Virus record (IMG/VR): IMGVR_UViG_3300030012_002528
Span: 1 to 64,000 of that record
Direction: 5' to 3' (one strand)
Length of the DNA stretch: 64,000 nucleotides
DNA from: a virus
Position numbers and translations under genes: made by a program. Positions 1 through 10,855 of the stretch are shown one piece after another (within the stretch, counting starts at the first letter, position 1; each line of letters starts with the position of its first letter). Below the pieces are notes generated by a model that saw only the letters and a list, made by a program, of their open reading frames with translations, searched no databases and had not been told where the DNA came from.

Positions 1-3000
1 TCGTACATAAGTCCTTTAGCTACAATAGATTTATTTATCTTAATGTCTCCTCTAAATATTTCGTAGTGCGTTATAGAGTTTCTAAAGTCTTGAGTAATTA
101 AATCATTTGTCACCGCCACATCCAAAAATGCTTTAACAACCTCGTTGTCAATATGAAAACCTATAGGGAATATTTTTGTCTCAGTAAAAGGAATTGGCTG
201 AGAAAACAATCCATCATCAGTACCGAAAGTAGGAGATACTGCAAAATCAGGAAACTTAAAGTGTCTAATCGGTTTGCACTTGAAGTTAGCATTAGAGCTT
301 AAGTTATAATAAGGCGTACCTGACATGTAAGTACCAGTAGTGAATGTGTTTCTGAACTCTGTTTGAATACTTGCAGGTATCAGGTTAGAGTCTACCAATA
401 ATGCAGTACCATCGTCTTTAGTGGTGCTGTTGTATAGGTATTCGTTATTCGGGTACTGGTCTGTGGACTCCCAATAAGAAAAGGCTCCCTCTGTTCTTAC
501 AAAAGGGTCGCACTGTATATTTTCATAAGTTTTAAGAGGGCAGCTTGATGTGAAAAAACAACTTTTCTCAAATGATATAGAAGTGTTTGCAACAAATGCT
601 TCTATTTCTTCAATAACTTGGCCCTGAGTTTTAACATTAAAGCAATATGTGGGAGAGGCATAAATATATTTAAATTGGCCTCCATCATTAACGTGAGGAT
701 TACCCCCAAGTCCTTTTCCTCTAAATTCAGACTTCTTTTGATTACCGTCATGTTTTACCCTTACGAGAGGACTGTCTACAGCTATGTATATTGTGTTGCC
801 GTTAAATGGGGACGACAGTCTATCTCTTGCTGCCTTTATATCTAACTCAACTACTCCGTGGATACTTGTATTTATCTCTATTAAGGCAGAATTAAAATCG
901 TCTTCTCCTCCACAATGGTCTAAATCGGTAAAAGGTACTGAACCAGAACCTAAACTTTCAAAGAAAGATACTCTTACTTTTTCAGTATACCACAAGCAGT
1001 CTCTTTTGGACTTTTGTTTGTCTGCCTCTGATGCTTTCGACAAAGAGAAGTATACTTTATCTTTGTTTGTAACATCTATCTTGTACCACATAGCATTAGT
1101 ATGGACTCTTCCCCTAGACCCATAAATAGGGCTTGGAGCAAATCCAACTGTAGTATCATTTATGAATATACCTTTGTAGTCTATGTCATTTTCCTTTACA
1201 CATTGTAGTTTTTTGATTCTTCCCCCTGGCTGTTCAGGTGTGGCTGGAAAAGAACTAGCAAGATAGTTTCTTTCTAGTAATTGAACGGCTTGGTCTAGAT
1301 ACAAGTCGTTATCAGCCATAGGTATTACATCAGTGTCAACGTCATATACTATGTCGGGAAATTCTGGAATAATATAAGTAGAAAAGGCACTATCGTACTC
1401 ATCAAAGTCTACTGGCAAGGTCGTAGCATTTAAAGGCTCTATGCCTCCACTAATAGGAGTTTGTCTTTCAAAAACAAGGTCAAACCTGTCCTTTTTTCCT
1501 CTTTGACCTACAAAGAATTCATATAAAGATAACTTGTCTCCACTATCAAACTCTATCTCTCCTTTCGCATTGATACTCTTAAAGTCTCCTCCGTCATCTA
1601 GTGTAAATGGGAAACAGAAATCAGACATTCCTACTCTATCGTAGTAATCGCAGTCATAATACTTAACATTGACACAAGGGTCTTCGTTTGCAGAAATAGC
1701 TTCAATGACAGTATTAGTCAAACTAGCCTCCCCACAATCATCAGGAAAACCTGGGTCGCAGCAAGGGTATTCTCCTGCAAATAAACCTGTACCCTGATAA
1801 TTATCAAATATAAACCTTTGTGCTAAATTAACTTGGTTAGCTGTAGAGGCAGGGTCAGTGACAATGTCTTTAAATACATCTTGATTTTGTTGAACGTACT
1901 CTTCAAAGTTTAGATAACGTTGATTACCATTCACACAGTCGTCTCCTTCTCCAAAAGAAGGAAGCTCCGCACCTTCTTGAAAAGTTAAGATGAGTGGAGT
2001 TATAGAAGGAATAGCAGGGTCTACTTTTGTTTCTTCTATCTTAGAACATACTTTACTTACATCTCTTTGTATGACAATAGGTTCTAAATCAGTACACCCA
2101 TCGATGATTCCTCCCTGTTGATATGCTGTATTATAATACTGCCATTTAAATATTCTTTCTACGTCAGCGCAATTCTCGTTACCGTATTTTAAAACAGAGT
2201 ATACATCTCTAGCCCATGCTCCTGTAGCAGTCACATCTCCATAGGTGGCTGAAGACTTTATTTGTTGTATAACTGAATTAGTACCATCTGTAGGGCTGTA
2301 TCCTGCTTGATGTGTTGAGTCAAAGAAGTTATCTGCATCCGTGGCTATTCTAGATATTAAAGGGTATACTGGGGTTACATACCCATTGGTTGTAAGAAAT
2401 CGAATACCAAAAGGTACCACCTCGTCTCTCATATACCCTCTAAAATTAGAACTACCAAAAGACTTTTCATACAAGTCTTCATTAGCTATAACAGTTCTCC
2501 ATTTTGCAAACTGACCCATGAAGTTTACCACAGGCTGAAGGTTGGGGTCAGGTCTTGCTTCAAGGTCCCCGAACAATAAAGTGTTGTTAGTAGCCGTTAC
2601 TAACTTAGCTTTAAGGTAATCAGGAAACGCTCTAACTATTTCTGCTGAAGATATTCTGTCTTCGTTTCGATTTACAGACCCACTATATACTACCTCGCTC
2701 TGAGAAGTAGGAAACACTCCCACCGAGTAATAAGACTTAGTTCCGTCCACAGAAGTCGTCTCGACCACTGCTACTTTGTAATGCTCAAAATCAGGATTGA
2801 GGTTTTCAATATTAAGTTTAATGGAAAAATTAGTAAGAGCATCTAATGATGGCTGCTCATAGACTAATCGATTAGGGTCATTAATAGATACGGTGTTAGT
2901 TGCTGAGAGATACCGAGTCATCATATTGCCATTGATGTCTGAGTACCCCACAAAGAATGCGTACTGCCCGTGTCTTAAATTACCTCCTATTACCGTGCCA

Positions 3001-3740
3001 TCTACATTTATACATAAAGGCTCATGCTTAGGTAAAACGTTTAACCTGTCACAATTTATACATACTGGTTTATCTACTGACCCACAATCACAATCAGGGT
3101 CATAGTCTGGACTAGAAGGGTCATCGCTACAGAACTCTGTTTCTACATAATACTGGTCTAAGAAATCAATTTCTAGTCTTCTTCTAGGATTAAGGTCATC
3201 CGTAAAATAAAGTATCTTGTTTCCCTTATCGTCTTTCAATACTGAAGATATTGGGTAATTGATATTGAAGTTAAGACAGTTTGATGCCGCTGCTCCATTA
3301 GGACAATTGTAGTCACTTATAAGAGTTACATATTGACATGTTGCAGCCTGTGCTATATTCTCAAGACCATCTGCTAGTACAGCCTCTACGCTGCACCCAC
3401 ACTTACGAAGAGAGTCCGTAAATGATTGCTGGTTCTCTAGTTCTGATATATAACCTATTTCCGACTGACCTGTTGAGGGATTAGTCAAAAAGAAATAAGT
3501 CCTGTCTGCTGTGATGTCTTTTTGGAAGCCAATGACTTTGAACCCTGTCTTAAATTTAGAACAAAGGATGTTACTCTCCTCATTCTGTAAATTAATAAGG
3601 TCTCCATCTTGCCCTTCATAATTAGCATTGAGGGCGTGGACGTAGCTTTTTTCATCTAGAGAAGTAGGATGATTATCTTTATTCATCCCTATCTTAGAGA
3701 CAGCTACCTGTCTATCGATGTTGTTCCGCTGTCTAGCCAT
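1..3740 (-). CDS. crAss-like tail stabilisation (muzzle) protein, 3'-truncated by window edge
   Basis: Not in the ORF track. ATG at 3740 overlaps the upstream stop (TAATG) and reads MARQRNNIDRQVAVSKIGMNKDNHPTSLDEKSYVHALNAN; no other long ORF occupies 1-3740. The GMNKD start and position after ring/IHF genes fit crAss tail stabilisation proteins. Confidence 0.7.
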   Translation of the reverse strand, partial: MARQRNNIDRQVAVSKIGMNKDNHPTSLDEKSYVHALNANYEGQDGDLINLQNEESNILCSKFKTGFKVIGFQKDITADRTYFFLTNPSTGQSEIGYISELENQQSFTDSLRKCGCSVEAVLADGLENIAQAATCQYVTLISDYNCPNGAAASNCLNFNINYPISSVLKDDKGNKILYFTDDLNPRRRLEIDFLDQYYVETEFCSDDPSSPDYDPDCDCGSVDKPVCINCDRLNVLPKHEPLCINVDGTVIGGNLRHGQYAFFVGYSDINGNMMTRYLSATNTVSINDPNRLVYEQPSLDALTNFSIKLNIENLNPDFEHYKVAVVETTSVDGTKSYYSVGVFPTSQSEVVYSGSVNRNEDRISSAEIVRAFPDYLKAKLVTATNNTLLFGDLEARPDPNLQPVVNFMGQFAKWRTVIANEDLYEKSFGSSNFRGYMRDEVVPFGIRFLTTNGYVTPVYPLISRIATDADNFFDSTHQAGYSPTDGTNSVIQQIKSSATYGDVTATGAWARDVYSVLKYGNENCADVERIFKWQYYNTAYQQGGIIDGCTDLEPIVIQRDVSKVCSKIEETKVDPAIPSITPLILTFQEGAELPSFGEGDDCVNGNQRYLNFEEYVQQNQDVFKDIVTDPASTANQVNLAQRFIFDNYQGTGLFAGEYPCCDPGFPDDCGEASLTNTVIEAISANEDPCVNVKYYDCDYYDRVGMSDFCFPFTLDDGGDFKSINAKGEIEFDSGDKLSLYEFFVGQRGKKDRFDLVFERQTPISGGIEPLNATTLPVDFDEYDSAFSTYIIPEFPDIVYDVDTDVIPMADNDLYLDQAVQLLERNYLASSFPATPEQPGGRIKKLQCVKENDIDYKGIFINDTTVGFAPSPIYGSRGRVHTNAMWYKIDVTNKDKVYFSLSKASEADKQKSKRDCLWYTEKVRVSFFESLGSGSVPFTDLDHCGGEDDFNSALIEINTSIHGVVELDIKAARDRLSSPFNGNTIYIAVDSPLVRVKHDGNQKKSEFRGKGLGGNPHVNDGGQFKYIYASPTYCFNVKTQGQVIEEIEAFVANTSISFEKSCFFTSSCPLKTYENIQCDPFVRTEGAFSYWESTDQYPNNEYLYNSTTKDDGTALLVDSNLIPASIQTEFRNTFTTGTYMSGTPYYNLSSNANFKCKPIRHFKFPDFAVSPTFGTDDGLFSQPIPFTETKIFPIGFHIDNEVVKAFLDVAVTNDLITQDFRNSITHYEIFRGDIKINKSIVAKGLMY

Positions 3741-4696
3741 TAGAATCTATATGGGTTAGGGTTTTGCATAGTTCCAAATCCTGTCACTGCACCTGACTGA
3801 ATGTAATTAGTTTTCAGCGCACCAAGATAAACATCGTATTTATGCATTCTAAACCTATTGTTACCCATTGCTTTAAATAGCGCAACCATATCAATTTTAG
3901 AAGTATCAGCTTTTGCTTTTGCGTGTAAGTCAGTTTCTTGTTGCATATAAGAACTGTAGATGTATTGTTTGTTTACAGTGTCATCTGATAACATTGCATC
4001 TTCCAGAATTTTACGTTTTACGTGATATTCTAGATACTCTTCTAAGTATCCATTAGGAGTGATTGGTATAACTGGTAGACAATCATCGTCCATCGGTATA
4101 CCATAGTATTGAATATATATCGCTCCTTTTTTGAAATTTGCGTATACTGTCTTTCCTTTTATATTTATAGAATAGGGGCTATCTTTTACGTGTCTATTTA
4201 CACAATTAGCCTCACATTGGCTTCTTATTAAATCGTGTCCTATTTTTACATAAACAGGGTTTCGGTAAAGAACGTTTACATTTGTAGTAGGGTTGAGGTA
4301 TAGGTTCTCTACAACTCTATCTGCACAGCTTCCTTCTTCACAAGATGGAAGACATTCTGTACATATGCTATCTTCTGGGCAACTAATTTTTTCTGCATAC
4401 AGTCTTGACTGAACTCTAAGTGGTTCAGTATCTTCTGGCATACTAATTAAATGTGGTTCGCAAAATACAGCAAGAAAAAGAGAGGCAAAGTTTTCAGGAA
4501 GTTCTGCTCTATAATTATCTACATGGATGACTCTTTCGTACTTATCCATAATGTTTCTCCCAAAGTTCTTTAACTTCATAAACACCCACCTAGCGATAGA
4601 TGCATCATCTACGACTTGAGGGTTGTCTTTGAAGTAGTTACTAGCTTTTAAATCAGCTATGAAACTTTCTAGTGGGATGTAAGTTCCTTTGTCCAT
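3740..4696 (-). CDS. putative tail ring/tubular protein
   Basis: 318 aa, YYGIPMDDDCLPVIP motif, crAss tail-module synteny. Confidence 0.5.
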   Translation of the reverse strand: MDKGTYIPLESFIADLKASNYFKDNPQVVDDASIARWVFMKLKNFGRNIMDKYERVIHVDNYRAELPENFASLFLAVFCEPHLISMPEDTEPLRVQSRLYAEKISCPEDSICTECLPSCEEGSCADRVVENLYLNPTTNVNVLYRNPVYVKIGHDLIRSQCEANCVNRHVKDSPYSINIKGKTVYANFKKGAIYIQYYGIPMDDDCLPVIPITPNGYLEEYLEYHVKRKILEDAMLSDDTVNKQYIYSSYMQQETDLHAKAKADTSKIDMVALFKAMGNNRFRMHKYDVYLGALKTNYIQSGAVTGFGTMQNPNPYRF

Positions 4697-5144
4697 TACC
4701 TACTATATTTTTAATATTGTTATGATGACACTTGTATGTTACCCCTTCTTTGCACTTCGCTTGCCATCTTTTCTTATGCTTTCTAATAAGCTCAAAACTT
4801 AGCCCTTTAAGAAAAGTTCGATTAAATATGTAACCGAAGAATTGATTATAATACAAAAGTCCTTTGTTTATAAAATTTGTTTTGTTGACATAAGGTAGCT
4901 TTGCTTTTTTGCTGTAAGCTGGAAAGGCAAAATACCCCATACCATCTAAGACAACTCCGTTGTCTTGTTCTATTAATATGTCTACCACAGTTTGAAAAAA
5001 CTCATCTCTTATCTTGTACCACTCTTGCTCAGTGTATCTACCTTTAAGATGAGGATACTTCTTATGTACTTTTGCATGAAACCTACCTGACAACAAGGAT
5101 TTTACAGGTCCCCAAGAACTTGCTTTTCTCTTAGTTGGTTTCAT
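4653..5144 (-). CDS. IHF/HU-like protein (crAss tail module)
   Basis: Basic 163 aa with VVLDGMGYF resembling the HU/IHF beta-arm; synteny. Confidence 0.45.
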   Translation of the reverse strand: MKPTKRKASSWGPVKSLLSGRFHAKVHKKYPHLKGRYTEQEWYKIRDEFFQTVVDILIEQDNGVVLDGMGYFAFPAYSKKAKLPYVNKTNFINKGLLYYNQFFGYIFNRTFLKGLSFELIRKHKKRWQAKCKEGVTYKCHHNNIKNIVGNGQRNLHPTRKFHS

Positions 5145-5147
5145 TGT

Positions 5148-5840
5148 TTATTTAGCTTGTAGCCCTGCCTTTTGATTCGAATCAAGGTCCGAATTTTCGT
5201 CAGCTGGTATTGACTTTCTAGTTTTAACTAAATACTGTACAACCTGGTCTTTGACTGTTGATATATACTTGTTAGGTATAATTATTTTGTAATCCAAGGC
5301 TGACTCACAACTATCAGCTTCAGAACAAGCTGAAAACTGCTCTGCCTCTAATTGGTCTTCAAAAAGCCCTACTATTGAAATTCTTTCTGGAGTACTACCT
5401 ACAATATAGATATGTCCGTTTGCTATGTAATAGTAGCTAGTAGCTTTTTGAAATTGTCTCTTTTGTTGGCTTTTATAATCAGCCGCAGTCCTTAATGCCT
5501 GATATTCTGTTTCTCCTGTGATATTAGAAACTGAAATAATTATAGGACCAATAGAGGAATTAAAAATATTAGGAAGTTTGCATTCGGATTTCATTACTTT
5601 GTCGCATTTTCTAAATTCTGCAACATCACATTTATCAGAACGAATTTGATTCATTTCGACACAAGTCACCTCTGTAAAGATGGTGCTGTCTCTAAATACA
5701 TCTCTTAATTGTCTTTGAGATAAAATATAACTCGTATAGTCTCTAGCTAAAGAATGAATGAACTTATTACTTATTCTATCATCCTTTCTAATTGCTTGAA
5801 CAGAGTTTTTTACATCTGATATGAATTCTCCTACAGTCAT
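5148..5840 (-). CDS. putative tail ring/tubular protein
   Basis: 230 aa, YYYIANGHIYI motif similar to 17532..18200; synteny. Confidence 0.55.
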   Translation of the reverse strand: MTVGEFISDVKNSVQAIRKDDRISNKFIHSLARDYTSYILSQRQLRDVFRDSTIFTEVTCVEMNQIRSDKCDVAEFRKCDKVMKSECKLPNIFNSSIGPIIISVSNITGETEYQALRTAADYKSQQKRQFQKATSYYYIANGHIYIVGSTPERISIVGLFEDQLEAEQFSACSEADSCESALDYKIIIPNKYISTVKDQVVQYLVKTRKSIPADENSDLDSNQKAGLQAK

Positions 5841-5893
5841 CTCTTAAAAATACGTAAAAATAATGGTTTATACAAATTTATTACAAATACAAA

Positions 5894-5914
5894 GGGGGTT
5901 CACTAAGAACCCCC
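5894..5914 (-). terminator. intrinsic terminator
   Basis: GGGGGTTC-ACTAA-GAACCCCC hairpin with short A-run to its left. Confidence 0.55.
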
Positions 5915-5950
5915 AGCGAGTGGAAAACCAACCAAAACCACCCTTTTATT

Positions 5951-6784
5951 TTATATATAATAACTAAACTCTACAGAAATAGAACCTAAGCCTGTAGCTC
6001 CTGTCACACTTGCTGTGCTTAAATCCTCAGCTAGTACCCTGATTTGAGTAGTCGGTGCTCCTGTATCATTTTGAACAAACACTGGATAAAATTTATTTTC
6101 GTTAGCTGCAGCAAATAATTGTGCAGTACCCGTTCCGTGTAAATTTGAAATTCCTGCAGCAGAAGGTCTAACAGGTACATCTATTGTAAAATCAACATTA
6201 TCATCTACAATAGGTAATAACGACCTATCGCTAATAGATAACTGTAGGTTACCCGTAACTACATTACCTATCCTTTGCCAAATATAAGTAGCATCCGAAA
6301 TGCCAGTAGCTGGTGAAGTTATAGAGAACCTTCCTGACCTCAATGGTCCTACTATATCACTTACTCCTGGTGTGTATAATACTGGGGCAATTGTAAGGAA
6401 AGGAGTGACGAAAGGGTCATTAGTCCTATCTACTAAAATAGTATTAGTCCAAGCAGCCCCATCATATACAGAAACTACATATAAATCAGAAGCTGTTTGT
6501 CCTGCTCCTGTCCCATTTTCTATACAAGTCAAATACTCTGGAATCACTGTGCCGTTAATAGTAACTGTTCCTGTTCCCGAGGAGCTGACGTTAGCAATAT
6601 AGTTTGTAATGATAGTTTGTCCTGCGACTGTTCCTGTGTAAGTAACACTCCAATTATTAGCCCCTAGTGATACGTGGCCAGTAGACTTTATAACATAACT
6701 ACTATGTGGGTCTGTAGTTAAGACCGTGTTTGTGCCCCCAGCGGCTAATATTTCAAATTGTTTTTGATATCTAAAACTTCCCAT
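5951..6784 (-). CDS. putative fibre/structural protein
   Basis: 277 aa, T/G/S/V-rich, WQRIGNVVT fibre-tip-like motif. Confidence 0.45.
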   Translation of the reverse strand: MGSFRYQKQFEILAAGGTNTVLTTDPHSSYVIKSTGHVSLGANNWSVTYTGTVAGQTIITNYIANVSSSGTGTVTINGTVIPEYLTCIENGTGAGQTASDLYVVSVYDGAAWTNTILVDRTNDPFVTPFLTIAPVLYTPGVSDIVGPLRSGRFSITSPATGISDATYIWQRIGNVVTGNLQLSISDRSLLPIVDDNVDFTIDVPVRPSAAGISNLHGTGTAQLFAAANENKFYPVFVQNDTGAPTTQIRVLAEDLSTASVTGATGLGSISVEFSYYI

Positions 6785-6786
6785 TA

Positions 6787-7851
6787 TTATGCTTTAAAGT
6801 GTTTGACTGATATTTGAGTAAGACTAGAAGTGTCTGCCAAACTGCTTGCATCAATTTGATATTGAATACTAATGTTCTGGCTGAAGTCTAGAGTAAATGA
6901 GGCAGACTTTGGTGGTATAAACATAGAACCATTAAAATCATTATCAGGAGCATCTTGAAAGTTCAAAGCAGCTGCTGAAGAGTACTCCATCATTAATCCT
7001 GCAGTAGTGGCGTTAACTCGATTTAAGATAATCTTAAACATTCCCCCTTGTTGAACGAGACCGTACATTCTGCCTAGATAAGATACACCACTTCTAGTGA
7101 TATTTGTAGTCGTAGTGCCGTCTGATATTACAATCCTAAATTCATCTATGTTAGCTATACCGTTTGGTGTATCAAAAGTTACAATAATTTCTAAATGTTC
7201 TCCATCTGAATCTATAGGGTTAGACGCTACTAAAATATTAGTAGTACGCACAGTATCAAATCCTGCACCTGTAGGGGATAATGGTCCTAATGCATAATCA
7301 AGAATAGCGATATTATTGGCTCCTGTAGCTCCCGTTGGACCTGTTGGTCCTGTAGGTCCTGTAGGTCCTGTTGGACCTGCTGGTCCTGCTACACCTGTAG
7401 CTCCTTGTGCGCCTGTTGCGCCAGCAGGGCCTGTGGGTCCTGTTGGACCTGTGGAACCTGTTGGACCTTGAATACCTGCACCAGTTGGACCTACGGGGCC
7501 TATTGTTCCTGTGGCTCCTGTTGGTCCTGCAGGTCCTGTTGGTCCTGCTGGTCCTGTTGCTCCTATACTTCCTGTTGGTCCTGCTGGTCCTGTTGCTCCT
7601 GTAACAGAAGTACTACATATTGTGTCTACTATTGTTTTGATTGCAGAATCATAGTAAGTTCCTGCTGGTATAGTCACTGTCCCACAAACACTAAGAGCAT
7701 TAGTCAGTCTTATACATTTGTCATTAAGGAGATGGCTGCATCCTAAACTGCCACAATTACACCCAGTTTTACAGGTACAAGAGCTGCAATTAGAGTTGCA
7801 GGTGCTGCAAGTATCAACGCAGCTAGAACTATTACAATTACTACAAGCCAT
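6787..7851 (-). CDS. collagen-like fibre protein with Cys-rich N-terminus
   Basis: Long Gly-X-Y run (GPT/GPA/GAT) between a Cys-dense N-terminus and a globular C-terminal domain. Confidence 0.75.
   Translation of the reverse strand: MACSNCNSSSCVDTCSTCNSNCSSCTCKTGCNCGSLGCSHLLNDKCIRLTNALSVCGTVTIPAGTYYDSAIKTIVDTICSTSVTGATGPAGPTGSIGATGPAGPTGPAGPTGATGTIGPVGPTGAGIQGPTGSTGPTGPTGPAGATGAQGATGVAGPAGPTGPTGPTGPTGPTGATGANNIAILDYALGPLSPTGAGFDTVRTTNILVASNPIDSDGEHLEIIVTFDTPNGIANIDEFRIVISDGTTTTNITRSGVSYLGRMYGLVQQGGMFKIILNRVNATTAGLMMEYSSAAALNFQDAPDNDFNGSMFIPPKSASFTLDFSQNISIQYQIDASSLADTSSLTQISVKHFKA
7318..7602. repeat. collagen-coding 9-bp-period tandem repeat
   Basis: Repeated (t/a)ggtcctgt-type units. Confidence 0.85.
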
Positions 7852-7855
7852 TTTA

Positions 7856-8005
7856 TTATTTTTCTTTGTCTTCTAATTTAGAAAGGTTTTGTAGTTTATT
7901 CATAATGGTAATTATTTGTTGAGCTGTTGCTACTTCTTGTTTACCGTTTAGAATTACTGTTTTTATATCATTTACTAAACCTTCCTCTATAATAAATTTT
8001 TGCAT
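7856..8005 (-). CDS. small hypothetical protein (49 aa)
   Basis: Manual translation [49 protein letters not shown] fills the gap between genes. Confidence 0.6.
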   Translation of the reverse strand: MQKFIIEEGLVNDIKTVILNGKQEVATAQQIITIMNKLQNLSKLEDKEK

Positions 8006-8022
8006 TGGTTTTTTAATTTATT

Positions 8023-8781
8023 TTATACAGATAGAGTCCATGCAACTACTAACTTGTCACTAGCAGTTAATGTTCTACTTAATTGCCATCCCACTACAAG
8101 TAGGTCTGAGCCTTTAGTAATGCCACCTGCAGGAACAGTGAACTCCTTTCTAAAGCACGTTGAGTACATAGTCTCCCCATAAAAGTTTTCCATCACTATA
8201 TCATTATTAGCAGGTGTAGATGCTTCCACAAGTGGAGTTATTGTGCGAGGCAAAGATGTATCACTACCTGAACACGGACTGAATCCTACCTCTACCTTGC
8301 CATTTACTTGTACGTTGTGGAAGTTACTAAATGTACCCGTAAGAACTATCTTCTCCCCTGCAGCAATATCAAAAGGTACAGGTATACCTGCCATTCTTTG
8401 GTCTGATACAGTAGTAAACCCTGTTTTTGGGGCATCAAGACCTTCTGTGTAATTGTTCTGGTCCCATAAATTCACACCTGTGACTATCTCTCCAGCCCAT
8501 CTGTAATCATCCCCTGGACCTGGAAAGTTAGCCGTACCATCAGTTGCGAAAAACTGATTAGATGCAATTGTATTAAGGCTATCCCCTAATTTATCACTAA
8601 GAGAATCAAGTACAGTGTTTAAGTCTTTACAGTTAAGATTAGGAGCTATACCAGGTAAGTCTGATGTTATAGTGATACATCTATCAGCTAATTTTATTTT
8701 ACACGGAGTACATACGCTATCATCACAATAACATGTTCCGCAAGATGCTGGAGTCACTTCATTACAATTTTTACAAGCCAT
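8023..8781 (-). CDS. Cys-rich fibre-like structural protein
   Basis: MACKNC N-terminus like 6787..7851; C-terminal domain resembles that of 14221..15057. Confidence 0.5.
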   Translation of the reverse strand: MACKNCNEVTPASCGTCYCDDSVCTPCKIKLADRCITITSDLPGIAPNLNCKDLNTVLDSLSDKLGDSLNTIASNQFFATDGTANFPGPGDDYRWAGEIVTGVNLWDQNNYTEGLDAPKTGFTTVSDQRMAGIPVPFDIAAGEKIVLTGTFSNFHNVQVNGKVEVGFSPCSGSDTSLPRTITPLVEASTPANNDIVMENFYGETMYSTCFRKEFTVPAGGITKGSDLLVVGWQLSRTLTASDKLVVAWTLSV

Positions 8782-8794
8782 TTTCTATTATTTT

Positions 8795-9283
8795 TTAGGG
8801 TAACAATGTTGGGTTAGCAGGACACGTAATAGAATCACAGCATAGGCAAACCTTATTTATGATAATTTGAAGCAACTGCTCTAAAGTTGTAGGTGTAGTG
8901 CCGCAAGGGTCTGGAGCTAGACAACATAATTCTAACTTACTAATATCAAACTCAGGAATAACTTTCAAAGTTCCATCAGTATTTAACAGACCTTCCAATG
9001 GTTTTAAATCGCAAATTTCTTCTGTAAGTTTATTTAAGACATTTATAGGCTTAATATCTGCATCAGCCAGTGGAGAATAATCCAAGCAACCTTTTGCGTA
9101 AGTAGACATATCTACATAACTATTGTCTACAAGAGTATACAAATCAGAAATCACTGAATCTAGGTCAGTACAAGTCTCACTTGATAGTGAAGAAATAGTA
9201 GGAAAAGTTTGTTCTACATATACACAAGGTGCAAATATAGACTCTCCACAAGTATCGCTGTATTTATAACTGTTACAACTCAT
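8795..9283 (-). CDS. Cys-rich structural protein
   Basis: 162 aa, many Cys, TLEQLLQIIINKVC. Confidence 0.45.
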   Translation of the reverse strand: MSCNSYKYSDTCGESIFAPCVYVEQTFPTISSLSSETCTDLDSVISDLYTLVDNSYVDMSTYAKGCLDYSPLADADIKPINVLNKLTEEICDLKPLEGLLNTDGTLKVIPEFDISKLELCCLAPDPCGTTPTTLEQLLQIIINKVCLCCDSITCPANPTLLP

Positions 9284-9564
9284 TTTTTATTTTTTTCTAA
9301 GTATATGTTCATTTTCTCTAACATGCAGTCAGTGACCTTATAGTCACAGTCTAAGTCTTGGCAAATCACTGCTTCCATTGTTTTGACAATTAAAAACTCT
9401 TTCATATCAAGATTGTAAGGCTTATCAAAAATATACCTATGGAGAAGTTTATCAGACTGTTTCTGATAATGTCTCTGTATCTTTTCGTAGATAGAGTTTT
9501 CTGTATTAATATGCCGTTGTAGTGTATCCATTTCCGCAATCGTGACCGCAGTCGCATTTTTCAA
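9280..9564 (-). CDS. hypothetical protein
   Basis: ORF within operon; start may be the downstream Met. Confidence 0.5.
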   Translation of the reverse strand: MKNATAVTIAEMDTLQRHINTENSIYEKIQRHYQKQSDKLLHRYIFDKPYNLDMKEFLIVKTMEAVICQDLDCDYKVTDCMLEKMNIYLEKNKK

Positions 9565-10081
9565 TATCTTCTACAATATCACAAGCTTTCTTAAATTTTC
9601 GTTGAGCAGACTTCATATTGCCAAATAGCAAATCAGCTTTAGCTCCTCGAATCATAAATTCAGCTTCCATTAATTTATTTAAACAACTAGAATTAGGCAT
9701 ACAGTCAACATCAAGAGCCATTAACTCTTTCTGTAATTTAACTTCTAACTTAACTGTTCTTAAGTAATGTCTTTCATAAGAAAAATCAGCTCCGTCACAA
9801 GCATATATTTTGATACAATATATGCCATCTGGTAAGTCGGGTAAGTTATCATCGCACCCATTACTACACCCATAATTAAGACTACTACCATTGAAGGTAG
9901 TTACTTTGTTTTTAGGGAAAGGATGTGTGACGGCTGTCTTTGAGCCAGGTAAAGTTACATCTATATATGTAGACTCCTCTACAAGATGTTTCCAGTCAGA
10001 AATATCTGCAATAATAAGCACCCTAGCATCATACGTAGGAAATACTTCAAAATTTAATACTGGCTCTAATGCGCTACTCAT
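9506..10081 (-). CDS. putative tail hub/fibre-attachment protein
   Basis: LPDGIYCIK motif seen in crAss-like tail proteins; synteny. Confidence 0.45.
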   Translation of the reverse strand: MSSALEPVLNFEVFPTYDARVLIIADISDWKHLVEESTYIDVTLPGSKTAVTHPFPKNKVTTFNGSSLNYGCSNGCDDNLPDLPDGIYCIKIYACDGADFSYERHYLRTVKLEVKLQKELMALDVDCMPNSSCLNKLMEAEFMIRGAKADLLFGNMKSAQRKFKKACDIVEDIEKCDCGHDCGNGYTTTAY

Positions 10082-10545
10082 TTCAATAGTTTAATAGTCG
10101 TTATTATGGCTCCAACCTGTAGGAAGTTAAACCCTAAAGATGTCATTCCGACTGCCCTCCATCTGTACCATTTCCTCACCGCCTTCTCTAGTTTGTCTTC
10201 AGTAACATCTGAATATTTTTTGAAACTCTTTTGTAAGTCCGTAGCAATTAATTTTAAAGAGTCTAGGTTTTCCAAAAGTGTTTCGTACTCCATCACAAAC
10301 ATATCGATGTTCCCTACAAGTGCATCGTAGCTTATTGTGAGAGAGTCTTTTATTTCGTTTAGTAAAACATTTTCTCTACCTATCTCAAGAAGTTTTTTAT
10401 AATCATCAGCATAAAACATCACATACGTGGTGTCATCAGCTTCAAACCTAAAGACCTCCATTGTCTCCACTATATTCGGGGATTCCTGAGAGTATGCTGT
10501 CCAAGGGAGTATTGCGAATAATAATAAGAGTAGAATCGGTTTCAT
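10078..10545 (-). CDS. secreted/membrane coiled-coil protein, spanin candidate
   Basis: Signal peptide, coiled coil and hydrophobic C-terminus; overlaps the upstream gene by 98 nt. Confidence 0.4.
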   Translation of the reverse strand: MKPILLLLLFAILPWTAYSQESPNIVETMEVFRFEADDTTYVMFYADDYKKLLEIGRENVLLNEIKDSLTISYDALVGNIDMFVMEYETLLENLDSLKLIATDLQKSFKKYSDVTEDKLEKAVRKWYRWRAVGMTSLGFNFLQVGAIITTIKLLK

Positions 10546-10855
10546 AAATGTTTTCAGTTAGTAGGTTTTCAAAGTTGGTTAATTCAGTATAAATACTTAT
10601 TTGCAGACTGTCCATTTTAGACTGACTGCTTTTTATATCTTCGGTCATTTCAAGAAGAGCGTCTAACTCTTTCTCTACTTTTTTACGTTTATTGATAATG
10701 TCTTGGTCTATGTAACTGTCTTTAAAGTTGCAACCCTTAGTTAACAGTATGCCTATTAAAATTAATAGAATAGAGACACGTAGTAGAAAGTCTAAAACTT
10801 GGTATCCTCCACGCTCTTTAAAATTACGTAAAATATTCTTAATATCCAAATTCAT
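10448..10855 (-). CDS. membrane-anchored coiled-coil protein, spanin candidate
   Basis: N-terminal TM segment followed by coiled coil; follows the holin candidate. Confidence 0.4.
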   Translation of the reverse strand: MNLDIKNILRNFKERGGYQVLDFLLRVSILLILIGILLTKGCNFKDSYIDQDIINKRKKVEKELDALLEMTEDIKSSQSKMDSLQISIYTELTNFENLLTENIYETDSTLIIIRNTPLDSILSGIPEYSGDNGGL

